Shown here piece after piece: positions 34,608-42,994 of a stretch of 64,000 nt of DNA. A program made the position numbers and the translations under genes. How positions within the stretch are numbered: position 1 is the stretch's first letter; the number at the start of each line of letters is the position of its first letter. The notes below the pieces were generated by a model. It did no database searches, had not been told where the DNA came from, and saw only the letters and a list, made by a program, of their open reading frames with translations. Origin of the DNA: a virus; IMG/VR virus record IMGVR_UViG_3300037258_001099, positions 1-64,000 of that record. One strand, written 5' to 3'.

Positions 34608-34802
34608 ATGGAAAATAGACAGGAAGATCCAAAAGAGAAGGCTATGCGTATTTTAGGGGAGGCGTCAGGCGATTTTGTGAGTAGTATTTTGCTGCTTTGT
34701 CCTGCCTCAAAGGAGCTTGTCGAGGCCATGCATCACGTACGTCAGGCCGTTTTATTTGCTAGGAAGGCAATAGAGGACGCAATGAATGCCCCAGATGAGT
34801 AA
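34608..34802 (+). CDS. Acb2/Tad1-like helical hairpin protein (divergent)
   Basis: I...CPASKEL.EA...V.QAVLFA.KAI resembles the CP.SRE.SLA.TKLEEAVMWANAAI pattern. Confidence 0.5.
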   Translation: MENRQEDPKEKAMRILGEASGDFVSSILLLCPASKELVEAMHHVRQAVLFARKAIEDAMNAPDE

Positions 34803-34896
34803 GGGTCCTTACGTAAGGAAGCAGCCTCGTGCTCGCAATAAAGATGGAACCTGGCGTAATAAGCGAGCGGACACTGGAGTAAAACGAGAGAAGTAT

Positions 34897-35154
34897 ATGA
34901 CGAAGAATCCGCGAGATACACAATTTGTGCCCGAGGCCGAAGTCTTACTTCAGCAGCTCGGGAATGCGGGGTTTGTCTTTGAAGGTGCAGACGATGCTCA
35001 TAGAGAAGAGCACCTTGAACAGGCACGGCTCCTTATCGCACGCTGGGCCTATGATTTCGCCTGCCACGTCTGGGATGAGACAATTGGTGGCGGCAATCCT
35101 GGCTTTGCCATAGGAAGCATTCAGAGTATGACTGGAGGGAATAATCATGATTAG
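34897..35154 (+). CDS. hypothetical protein (start uncertain)
   Basis: ORF 34786..35154; the internal ATG has a GAGAAG SD. Confidence 0.5.
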   Translation: MTKNPRDTQFVPEAEVLLQQLGNAGFVFEGADDAHREEHLEQARLLIARWAYDFACHVWDETIGGGNPGFAIGSIQSMTGGNNHD

Positions 35155-35392
35155 AGCTGTTTGTGAACACTGTGGAAGTGATATTTTGCCTCCCAGCAAT
35201 GAAGAGAGTCTCACCGACAAAGAGAGAAAAGATATAGACCAGATCAGGGATCGTATTTCGTCCTTTATCTCAAGTCAGGTAGAAGAGTTTTGGCCTGAGC
35301 ATATGGATATTCATATTGTTTGGCAATTAATTCTAAGCTCGTATGATGTAGAAGCATTCCAAAAAGAATATGGAGGAAACACTAATGAATAA
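35147..35392 (+). CDS. hypothetical protein (CEHC)
   Basis: GGAGG SD. Confidence 0.6.
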   Translation: MIRAVCEHCGSDILPPSNEESLTDKERKDIDQIRDRISSFISSQVEEFWPEHMDIHIVWQLILSSYDVEAFQKEYGGNTNE

Positions 35393-36020
35393 GACCATCA
35401 CGCTTGACCGAGATGAGTATGAGCATTTGCTCAACTGTCTGGCAAACCAGAAGTTTATTCACGAGGTAAATGCTGATGGGCTATCAGAAGGTGAGGAAAA
35501 AGTAAAACAGATGCAATCTGAGGCTCAGCAAGCTATAGATACCGCCTGGCGAAAGGGAATGGATCTTTTACATGACACACAGGAGAGGAAAGATATGGCA
35601 AATAACCGTGTAATAGTTTGTGTAGGTATTCCAGCTTCTGGTAAGACAGTATGGGCACTGCAATATTGTAAGGATAACCCTAATACTGTCCGTATCAACA
35701 AAGATAGTCTTCGCCTCATGGCTTATGGGGAGCCGTATAGGCCAGAGTGGGAAGATTTTATCTGTAATCTCAGGGATCGCATCATTGACCAGTCTTTACA
35801 TATGGAACATGACGTAGTTGTAGATGACACGAATGGGAGTCAGAAGCATAGAAAGAGAATAGAAGTGATAGCAAATTTCTATGATGCTACTGTAGAGATC
35901 AAGGACTTTCGATATGTTCCACTAGAGGTGTGCCTAGAGCGCAACAAGAATAGACCAAATCCGGTCCCTGAAGAAGCTATTCACCGCATCTATGATCAAC
36001 TGAAAGGGCAAGAGTTATGA
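35385..36020 (+). CDS. polynucleotide kinase-like P-loop protein (AAA_33) with an extra N-terminal domain; internal start likely at 35595
   Basis: VGIPASGKT, RINKDSLR, VVVDDTN, LEVCLERN..R...VPEEAI. Confidence 0.85.
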   Translation: MNKTITLDRDEYEHLLNCLANQKFIHEVNADGLSEGEEKVKQMQSEAQQAIDTAWRKGMDLLHDTQERKDMANNRVIVCVGIPASGKTVWALQYCKDNPNTVRINKDSLRLMAYGEPYRPEWEDFICNLRDRIIDQSLHMEHDVVVDDTNGSQKHRKRIEVIANFYDATVEIKDFRYVPLEVCLERNKNRPNPVPEEAIHRIYDQLKGQEL

Positions 36021-36460
36021 ATGAGCAATTTTACCTAAGACTCAACGATACAGAAGAATCTTGGGATCTTCTAGAGCATGATGCGATAAGTGATGATGGG
36101 ATTAAGGAGGACGCGCTCATAGCTAGATTATACGACGGGGATGCAAGAGGATCTGCGCTTGCAGAACTCATAAAAGGCTTCCTTGAGGAAGGTGATCAAG
36201 AACAAGACGCGCTTATTGAGCAACTAGCTGCATGTGAGCATGTGTCGTGGGCGAATTGGATGATCTATTTGTTCTCTAAATGCGAGTTCTGCGAAGATGG
36301 GTCATATTCTATTCCTGCCGGACTTGCATCGCAGTGGAAGAGGCAAGCCACTACTGCCTACAAAGATCTACCAGAGCGTGAGAAGCAGTATGACCGAGAT
36401 GAGGTGGCAAAGATTCTGCCTATTATTGAGGCATATAAGTCTGGAGCATTCCGTGAGTAA
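36017..36460 (+). CDS. RyR-domain-like phage protein
   Basis: LAACEH.SW..W...YKDLPEREKQYDR. Confidence 0.6.
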   Translation: MNEQFYLRLNDTEESWDLLEHDAISDDGIKEDALIARLYDGDARGSALAELIKGFLEEGDQEQDALIEQLAACEHVSWANWMIYLFSKCEFCEDGSYSIPAGLASQWKRQATTAYKDLPEREKQYDRDEVAKILPIIEAYKSGAFRE

Positions 36461-36947
36461 ATCTTGGGGCTATCAGTGCCGGACGTGTGATGAGCGATCT
36501 GGCTCTATCTACAACCACGGTCAAAACATCCTTCGAGGGTTAGCAAAAGCTGCTCCTCACATTAAGGCCGCATTTGAAGCTGATGATAGTGGGTATCTTG
36601 AGATTAGTGCTCTTTCTGATAACGGCAATGCAATCTTCTTCCTCCGAGAACACGGCGGCCACGACCTGGAGCTCTTTAGTGAATATGGGGATATTGAGCC
36701 GCTTGATGTGGACCCATCAGTTATATTTGAGCGTCAGCTTCAAATCTTTGAGCGAGCTGTGTCTAAGTACGGAGAGGCGATTGACATACTTATTGGAGAT
36801 ATTGGCCCAGAGAAGGCTGAACCAATTCTCAGAGCAGCAATTGGTCGCGTAGATCGTATAATTTTGCGAGATTGTCCCAGTGATCAGATGAGAGATCGGC
36901 TGGCGAAGCACACTGTGGATACCTCTTTGGAGAGCACCGATGCTTGA
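36453..36947 (+). CDS. hypothetical protein (start GTG, SKSWGYQCRTC)
   Basis: GGAG SD; overlaps the upstream stop. Confidence 0.6.
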   Translation: MSKSWGYQCRTCDERSGSIYNHGQNILRGLAKAAPHIKAAFEADDSGYLEISALSDNGNAIFFLREHGGHDLELFSEYGDIEPLDVDPSVIFERQLQIFERAVSKYGEAIDILIGDIGPEKAEPILRAAIGRVDRIILRDCPSDQMRDRLAKHTVDTSLESTDA

Positions 36948-37149
36948 AGAAATACTTAAAATCTATAGCCTTGTTCATCTTCTCAAAGAATATCGAAAAC
37001 TTGCTCTTAATGAGCATCAGGGTAATACCCACAAATGTGATGAGTATTCCTACTTCCACAAAGAGATGCGTACGCTCGACACTATTGCAAAAGATGTTGG
37101 CATTCCTGGTATAATCCCAAAGAATGGTGCATGTGATAGGAACGATTAG
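36940..37149 (+). CDS. hypothetical protein
   Basis: coupled ORF. Confidence 0.55.
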   Translation: MLEEILKIYSLVHLLKEYRKLALNEHQGNTHKCDEYSYFHKEMRTLDTIAKDVGIPGIIPKNGACDRND

Positions 37150-37160
37150 GGAGAATTGCC

Positions 37161-37757
37161 ATGGATGAGATGAAACCTGTAGCAGGCCAATATATTTTAG
37201 TTGATTGCTGTTTACTTCCAAGTAAGTGTCACATAACTATTGACAGCCTTTATAAAGGTCGAGCAAGACTTGGACTTGTAGCTAAACAGTCGATCACAGG
37301 TCAAAGCTATGAGGACGTATGGGAATATCCAAGCAAAGAAGCATCCCTTGTCCAGATTTTTACCTGGGACCCAGATAAGCAAGAGGAGCCCAGTCTTTGG
37401 GATAGGCATCCGGCAACTATGCGGTACCGCATAGACGGCCACAGCCACCTAGAATACATTCGATACAGCCATGATGATATCCAAGAGAAAGTGAACTATG
37501 CAATCAAAGCAACCCGAGGGCCTGAGTACTACACCACAAAGATAGTAGAGGACTCGGCCCATATTGGGCCTGAAATGCCAGAGGGAACCCGTTGCTTTCA
37601 TGCCTATGTCGAGAGTCTCTCCTGCGCCCATAGCACGCGCTGCCAGTGGGTTGATCGTGTTTATATTTATCTTGATCGCGCAGTTGTGCTCAAGATGTGG
37701 GATTTGATGAGTGTTACCCTTGGGGATCTAATAAGGAGGCTCAATGAAAAAGCATAA
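37161..37757 (+). CDS. hypothetical protein
   Basis: GGGAG SD. Confidence 0.65.
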   Translation: MDEMKPVAGQYILVDCCLLPSKCHITIDSLYKGRARLGLVAKQSITGQSYEDVWEYPSKEASLVQIFTWDPDKQEEPSLWDRHPATMRYRIDGHSHLEYIRYSHDDIQEKVNYAIKATRGPEYYTTKIVEDSAHIGPEMPEGTRCFHAYVESLSCAHSTRCQWVDRVYIYLDRAVVLKMWDLMSVTLGDLIRRLNEKA

Positions 37758-37962
37758 GTTGGGTGGCTATGAAATCTCTGTGATAGCAGTAGATGAAGCC
37801 AAAGAGCTTTATAGCAATAAATCCCTTCGAGAGCTCTTTGAGTACACAAAAATGCATGATCAGGTATTACTCACGGTTGATTCTTCTCCCAAAGAGTGGA
37901 GTCTCTCTACTCAAACATATAGTAGGCTTGGCTCTCAGTTCTTCAAGAAAATTGTCCCCTAA
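37744..37962 (+). CDS. hypothetical protein
   Basis: AAGGAGG SD. Confidence 0.6.
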   Translation: MKKHKLGGYEISVIAVDEAKELYSNKSLRELFEYTKMHDQVLLTVDSSPKEWSLSTQTYSRLGSQFFKKIVP

Positions 37963-37987
37963 ATTGCCTTCTTTGGTATACTCGGAT

Positions 37988-38175
37988 GGTAGCAAGTCAT
38001 ATTGAGACATGCGAACAGGGAGACGGGACGCCGTGAGACTGTAGGCGTGAATAATCGCTACTGCTCGCTCCAAGCCCCTGACGGCCTTGAAATTGGCAGC
38101 GGTTATGCGGTTTTTCCTATCGGAGAGACTGTGCTTCTCGCATAAGCCCGTGTGAATCGGGATCAGGGGCACCCA
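37988..38175 (+). ncRNA. candidate structured RNA with a tRNA-like 3' module (38074-38175)
   Basis: extended -10 TGGTATACT at 37974-37982; GCCCCTGA/TCAGGGGC-ACCCA acceptor-like stem; D-like GCC/GGC arm; T-like CCCG-TGTGAAT-CGGG arm. Confidence 0.45.
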
Positions 38176-38196
38176 TTTTCTATTAGGAAACACCTG

Positions 38197-38418
38197 ATGC
38201 TTAACATAAAACCCAATACCTGGGTCAAAATCAAAAAACTTACTCCAGAAGGACCAATTATTGTGCCAAGACTTGTTGTGCAGTCACATAACGAGTTTCC
38301 TCATGGGTATGCCATTATCATCGATGATTCCCTCGAACCTTTTGATGAGAAGCCTCGTATGATCCATGAAGATGAGATCCTAGAGGTGATGCCTCCTGAA
38401 TGGATGCCTGGACTATGA
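38197..38418 (+). CDS. small SH3-like hypothetical protein
   Basis: AGGA SD before MLNIKPNTWVKI. Confidence 0.55.
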   Translation: MLNIKPNTWVKIKKLTPEGPIIVPRLVVQSHNEFPHGYAIIIDDSLEPFDEKPRMIHEDEILEVMPPEWMPGL

Positions 38419-39038
38419 AAAAGAAGATTGTCCTTTTTCTGGACTGTGATGGGGTTTTTTCTATCTATTGTGGTGGTCCCCGTGACTCCTGGTTTGGTGA
38501 GATAAAGAGAACCGTCTGGCCCATTCCCAATGGGCAACTCCTTCTACAATGCATCGCAGAGGACACAAGACTGCATCCTGTCTGGTTGTCTGCCTGGGGT
38601 GATGATGCCATGATCTGGAATGTTTGGGCACGCACTCGATTCTTTCCCGTTGCCTATCATCTCTCAGAAAGGCAAGAATGTCTTGCTCGTAAGTTCTTTC
38701 CTCATTACTATGACGCGAATGTAGACAGCAAGCTGATTGCTGCAAACTACTATTTGAGGCAGCATCCAGGAGCAGATGTTGTGTGGATTGAGGACGAGTT
38801 TGCTCCTGAGACAGTTGCCTGGTCCCGCAAAGAGGACTGGTGTGCTACATATGATCATCCTCTTTCTAGTAAGCAGATACAGGACCATTATCACGCACTA
38901 GTCAGGGCACCTGAGCTCGGATCGATTACACTTCTTGACGCAAATGCGGACGAAGTTGGATCGCTTCTCCTCTCAGAAGATAAGTTGTATGCCAGAGAGC
39001 TCCTCTGCCGTATTCTGGAGAGCAAAAGTGACGCATGA
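38415..39038 (+). CDS. HAD-superfamily protein, Swiss-Army-Knife RNA-repair-type
   Basis: LFLDCDGVF, VWLSAW, K, VVWIEDE motifs. Confidence 0.75.
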   Translation: MKKKIVLFLDCDGVFSIYCGGPRDSWFGEIKRTVWPIPNGQLLLQCIAEDTRLHPVWLSAWGDDAMIWNVWARTRFFPVAYHLSERQECLARKFFPHYYDANVDSKLIAANYYLRQHPGADVVWIEDEFAPETVAWSRKEDWCATYDHPLSSKQIQDHYHALVRAPELGSITLLDANADEVGSLLLSEDKLYARELLCRILESKSDA

Positions 39039-39451
39039 AGGAAAAATACTCATTTCTAGACCCAGCCTGCGATAGCGAAAATGCCTTTGCATTTCGTGTC
39101 GCCTTGCGTGATAAGCCAACTCCAAATGAGCTCAACCAGATGCTTTGCGACTTCTACAGCCAGAGGTGTATAAAGCCAAGCTACCTCTTTCTCTCAGAAG
39201 CTGATCTTGCCTATTTCTCGGCTGATATCCGAGCTCTCGTCACTGATGGTCGCTCTTTTCATCGGTACGGTCGCTTCTTTGCCGAGAGCGATAAGATGGA
39301 GGACCTTTGTATGGCAAACACATCTGACTACGTTAAGCGTTTTGAGAGTATGGAGGGAATAGCTCGTCTTATTCCTCTTCCAGGCCTTGATGATGGCGTT
39401 GTTATTCTTGGCTTCTATAACGGATATGGCAGGTCGATCACAGAGCGTTAG
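39035..39451 (+). CDS. hypothetical protein
   Basis: coupled ORF. Confidence 0.6.
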   Translation: MKEKYSFLDPACDSENAFAFRVALRDKPTPNELNQMLCDFYSQRCIKPSYLFLSEADLAYFSADIRALVTDGRSFHRYGRFFAESDKMEDLCMANTSDYVKRFESMEGIARLIPLPGLDDGVVILGFYNGYGRSITER

Positions 39452-39751
39452 CTATTCTATCGCTCTGTATCTTCCCTCTACATAGGCATAGGCGGTGACC
39501 TTCTCCTCAAGAATCATGAGCTCAATCATGAGGTCGTTGCCCTTCCTCATCAATCTATCACTAAAAGAATCAAGCGGCACGTCTGCCAGTTTTTCTATTT
39601 TTGCAATATGGGAAGCGTAAGCCATGCCACAAAAGGTAAGGAAGATGAAATCAGGTACCTTGAAGTATCGTCTCCCTTTTATATCTGGGAAATCTCCCCA
39701 GAATTTGTGCTTAATCCCAAGGCAGAAATACGCGACACTTTTGTAGTTCAT
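39452..39751 (-). CDS. hypothetical protein
   Basis: AGAAAGGA SD. Confidence 0.6.
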   Translation of the reverse strand: MNYKSVAYFCLGIKHKFWGDFPDIKGRRYFKVPDFIFLTFCGMAYASHIAKIEKLADVPLDSFSDRLMRKGNDLMIELMILEEKVTAYAYVEGRYRAIE

Positions 39752-39853
39752 AGAACGTCCTTTCTGGAGACCTATCCTCTTCAGGGGATAGGAGGAAAGA
39801 AATCTGTCCGCAGACAGCGTTCAATCCTTCTAGTTTCAAATAGTTCCAAAAAC

Positions 39854-39882
39854 TTGACACGTTGTTGAAGCTATGATACAAT
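39854..39882 (+). promoter_or_regulatory. promoter TTGACA-17-TACAAT, 7 nt before the tnpB ATG (leaderless mRNA)
   Basis: direct reading. Confidence 0.7.
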
Positions 39883-39889
39883 ACGAAGT

Positions 39890-41215
39890 ATGAAAACGAT
39901 AATTTCTGCAAAGCTCAAACTGAATACAACTCCAGAACAGTTTGCACAACTGCGCACGACTCAACTGGCATATCGTGACTCTCTCAATTTTGTGAGTCAG
40001 TATGCTTTTGAGCATGGCAAAACAAGTAGCAGGATTGCTTTGCATAAAGCCAATTATGGTGAGATACGTACTCGTTTTCACTTGCCTTCTCAAATGGCTT
40101 GCAGTGTTTTTATACAGGTAGGTGCGACCTATAAAGGTCTCTGGACCAAGGTCAAGAAGAATGCAGCAGACCGCAAATCTGGTCGAACCAAGAAACGCTA
40201 CAAGGGACTTGATCAAGCTCCTAAGTACGTTTCTCCTACCTTGACCTACCAACACGGCAAGGATTACAGTTTCAAGACAGACAACCACGTTAGCGTCTTG
40301 ACCTTGGAAGGGCGCGTGGTTGTTCCCTATACGGGTTATAACCAGCATGTTTCCTTGATTCAAAAGGGAGCTGAGATCGGAGCTGCCAAGCTCTGGTACG
40401 ACAAACCCAAGAAGCAATTCTATTTGCTGGTGAGTCTTGAGATTGAGATAGCCGACCCAACACCAGAAACCCATAAAGGGATAGCGGGTGTGGATGTGGG
40501 CGTTCGCTACTTGGCAGTATCCAGCAACACACGAGGGGAATGTTCTTTCCACACAGGGAAGAGTGTTGTCCCCAAAGCGAACCATTATGCGAGACTGAGA
40601 AAGCGTCTGCAACGAAAAGGCACTCGCTCTGCTACCCGCCGTTTGGTGGTGATTAGCGGACGAGAGAGACGGTTGAAAGCTGACGCCAATCATGTAGTCT
40701 CCAAACGCATTGTGACCCGATATCCAAACAGCCTGATCGGCTTGGAGCAATTGACAGATATCCGAGAACGAACCCCACGCAAGCATGGCAAGAAGGCTAG
40801 CAGGAAGCAGAGGCGTGCTAACGCTACTTATTCCAAATGGTCGTTTGCTGAGTTGCAGAGCATGATAGCCTATAAAGCTCTCATAGCTGGGAGCATGGCT
40901 ATCAAGGTGGATGCCAACTACACCAGCAAAGCTTGTCCCGTGTGTGGGCATACCTGTGGTGCTAATCGTCCCAACAAGGGCCTGCTGTTTATCTGTCAGA
41001 ATTGTCACTACACGCTCCATGCTGATCTAGTTGGTGCTAGGAATATCGCAATGCGAACGTTGCTCGTCCGGCAGGACTGGTCGAGTACGGGTACTTTGTC
41101 AGAGTGCCCTGATGTGTCGAGCGTTGAAGCCAAAGCAGCACGTCTTTCGAGATATGCTGAGTTGCGGTGGAGCTTAGACACAAGCTCATCCCCTTCTAGG
41201 GGATTGAGTTTCTGA
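39890..41215 (+). CDS. tnpB: RNA-guided endonuclease TnpB (IS605 OrfB)
   Basis: RuvC-I GVDVG, RuvC-II IGLEQL, Zn finger CPVCG/CQNC, RuvC-III HADLVGARNI. Confidence 0.95.
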   Translation: MKTIISAKLKLNTTPEQFAQLRTTQLAYRDSLNFVSQYAFEHGKTSSRIALHKANYGEIRTRFHLPSQMACSVFIQVGATYKGLWTKVKKNAADRKSGRTKKRYKGLDQAPKYVSPTLTYQHGKDYSFKTDNHVSVLTLEGRVVVPYTGYNQHVSLIQKGAEIGAAKLWYDKPKKQFYLLVSLEIEIADPTPETHKGIAGVDVGVRYLAVSSNTRGECSFHTGKSVVPKANHYARLRKRLQRKGTRSATRRLVVISGRERRLKADANHVVSKRIVTRYPNSLIGLEQLTDIRERTPRKHGKKASRKQRRANATYSKWSFAELQSMIAYKALIAGSMAIKVDANYTSKACPVCGHTCGANRPNKGLLFICQNCHYTLHADLVGARNIAMRTLLVRQDWSSTGTLSECPDVSSVEAKAARLSRYAELRWSLDTSSSPSRGLSF

Positions 41216-41236
41216 CATAATTTAGTATAGTGGTCA
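41060..41236 (+). ncRNA. predicted omega/reRNA overlapping the tnpB 3' end; guide about ATAATTTAGTATAGTGG
   Basis: hairpins GGGTACT/AGTGCCC and CAGCACGTCT-TTCG-AGATATGCTG, right-end hairpin; known TnpB architecture. Confidence 0.6.
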
Positions 41237-41847
41237 AATTTCTTTGCTCTCTGCCGCATACTAGAAGCTCTTGCACGCATCCTTGGTATCTCTCGTGTCC
41301 TGTATTCGCCCATACGTTTATTTATCTGCTCTCTATGCTTTTTTGCATAGGAGGTCGCCTGTGCTACCGCTTTCCTTGGATCTTTGTGGTACCTTCTTTT
41401 ACCACTTTCTTTATGGCAGGTTAGGCACTGTTTTCGTCCTCTTTTGTCCTTCTTTAGATTTCCTTCAACTAATGGATGACCTTTTGCGCAGCAATCTTTC
41501 TTTATCCTTTCCTTTACACCTTTTTGTCTTTGTCGTTTTGTTTCTTGCTCTCTGTGACAGGTTAGGCATCTATTGTGTCCATAATGTTTTCCTAAATTAC
41601 CCTCAGCTAGAGGATGTCCCTTGAGGCAGTGTGTTGATTTTTCTTTTGGTGGTTTCTCTCTGCGTTTCTTGGCTTTATGGGCGGATGATTTAGCTGAGTT
41701 GCATGCTTTACAAATGTTGTTAAGCCCATCCCTTGATCTCGCATTTTTATGGAAGTACTCAGCAGTAGCAGGATGCCATTGGTCTTCTTCAGGACAAGTG
41801 TGGCAATGTTTGAGCGGAGTAGTATTTTGGGGTATACTATTTTTCAC
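41217..41847 (-). CDS. multi-Zn-finger DNA-binding protein resembling HNH homing-endonuclease N-termini; stop codon interrupted by the IS
   Basis: CHTC...EYFHKNARSRDGL..ICKAC and two C.KGHPL.EGNL...CLTCH repeats; no HNH motif. Confidence 0.7.
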
Positions 41848-41927
41848 GGTACGTCTCCTCTAAGTTTCGTATCGTCACGCCAGGGGTAGTTGACGCTACG
41901 CCCTGGCAACACAGTATTTATGGTGTT

Positions 41928-41956
41928 ATTATATCATAAATAAGCTCGATAAGCAA
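41928..41956 (-). promoter_or_regulatory. promoter TTGCTT-17-TATAAT followed by a leader hairpin (41879-41907)
   Basis: direct reading. Confidence 0.6.
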
Positions 41957-41957
41957 C

Positions 41958-42722
41958 TTATGATACTAATTTGATAGTCCAGAAGTCACTTGATAAATAA
42001 GGATTTACAAGCATCTGAAAGGGTATATAGAGATATCCTTTGTCACCAAATGATGTTCCCCACGAGTTTCTCACGATAAACCATTGATTGGATGTATTGT
42101 ATCCGACCACTGTCATACAATGCCCTCCGAGCACCTGCTCTCCCCACTGAGGCATCGGAACAATACCAGTTTGCTCTACTTGCTGACTCTCAAAGCTTTC
42201 ATAGACGGTCACACCAAAGACAAATGGACTTTCAGAGGCAAGACATCCGAGCATTTGAATGAGGCTCAGGTTATTGATGCGTTGATACTGGACTGCCTTT
42301 GTGAGAAGAGCATCAGTGTAAGCCTGTTCTGGCGGCTTTACGGTAAACTGGCTAATATCGTAGGGCCAATCAGTCTCAGAGCACGCGCCCTGGCTGTTTA
42401 CACTCCGAATGCCGTCACGAATAGCCGCTCCACTATCACTACTAACGGTCCCTTCCTCGGCTCTTTCATTGTAGTAGATAAAGAGTCGGGAAGGCGCAAA
42501 AGCAGTGATCTTTTGCTTCATCTGGTCAAATTCGATGGCTCCCGCAATAGCATTGGCTGTACAGCTTCCAAGTTGCCCCTGGTCAACGACAGGTGGGCAG
42601 TAGGGACGTAGATCAATACTTGGCGGGAGTACTGTCATACCCACCAGAGGTGCGCTGTAGAGGTGATCATGCCAATCAGGACGATCGGGAACCCAACCTT
42701 TTGCGTATTTACCTTTTGACAT
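41958..42722 (-). CDS. papain-like cysteine peptidase (C1 family)
   Basis: DQGQLGSCTANA, GGHCM, VRNSWGTSFGDKGY. Confidence 0.92.
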   Translation of the reverse strand: MSKGKYAKGWVPDRPDWHDHLYSAPLVGMTVLPPSIDLRPYCPPVVDQGQLGSCTANAIAGAIEFDQMKQKITAFAPSRLFIYYNERAEEGTVSSDSGAAIRDGIRSVNSQGACSETDWPYDISQFTVKPPEQAYTDALLTKAVQYQRINNLSLIQMLGCLASESPFVFGVTVYESFESQQVEQTGIVPMPQWGEQVLGGHCMTVVGYNTSNQWFIVRNSWGTSFGDKGYLYIPFQMLVNPYLSSDFWTIKLVS

Positions 42723-42736
42723 ACTCATTTCTCCTT

Positions 42737-42994
42737 CTATTCTCCAAAGATATCATCAATTGCTTTGGTGATATCTGCTTCGCTTGTAAGTGTGTTGTAG
42801 TAGTCCATGTCTGGGACATAAACGTATCCATCAGGCCCAAGACAATATCCCCATCGTTTAAGCGGTGAGTCGTAGATGGCCTGCATGGTTCGACCAGACT
42901 CTGGGTCAATAGCGATCGTTGCTCTCTGTGCGTGATGCCAAAGCTCAAATTTGCGCTGTTCCTCATACACATTGAGCTTCTTTGCTCTAAACAT
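42737..42994 (-). CDS. hypothetical protein
   Basis: coupled ORF. Confidence 0.55.
   Translation of the reverse strand: MFRAKKLNVYEEQRKFELWHHAQRATIAIDPESGRTMQAIYDSPLKRWGYCLGPDGYVYVPDMDYYNTLTSEADITKAIDDIFGE

Larger units (their letters stand above)
39766..41216 (+). mobile_element. IS200/IS605-family tnpB-only (IS1341-like) element
   Basis: left hairpin CCTATCCTC-TTCA-GGGGATAGG; right hairpin CTCATCCCC-TTCTA-GGGGATTGAG ending TGAC; removing 39766-41216 restores a TAG stop in the flanking gene. Confidence 0.75.

Noticed and set aside
38074-38175. Canonical tRNA or tRNA-Sec gene
   Set aside because: No TTC T-loop, no standard anticodon arm and no UCA anticodon; kept only as a tRNA-like candidate.
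39836-41020. 394-aa minus-strand ORF
   Set aside because: Antisense shadow of tnpB with no recognisable motifs.
41008-41216. C-terminal 70 aa of ORF 41008..41847
   Set aside because: Read-through into the IS right end after the native stop was split; not part of the original protein.
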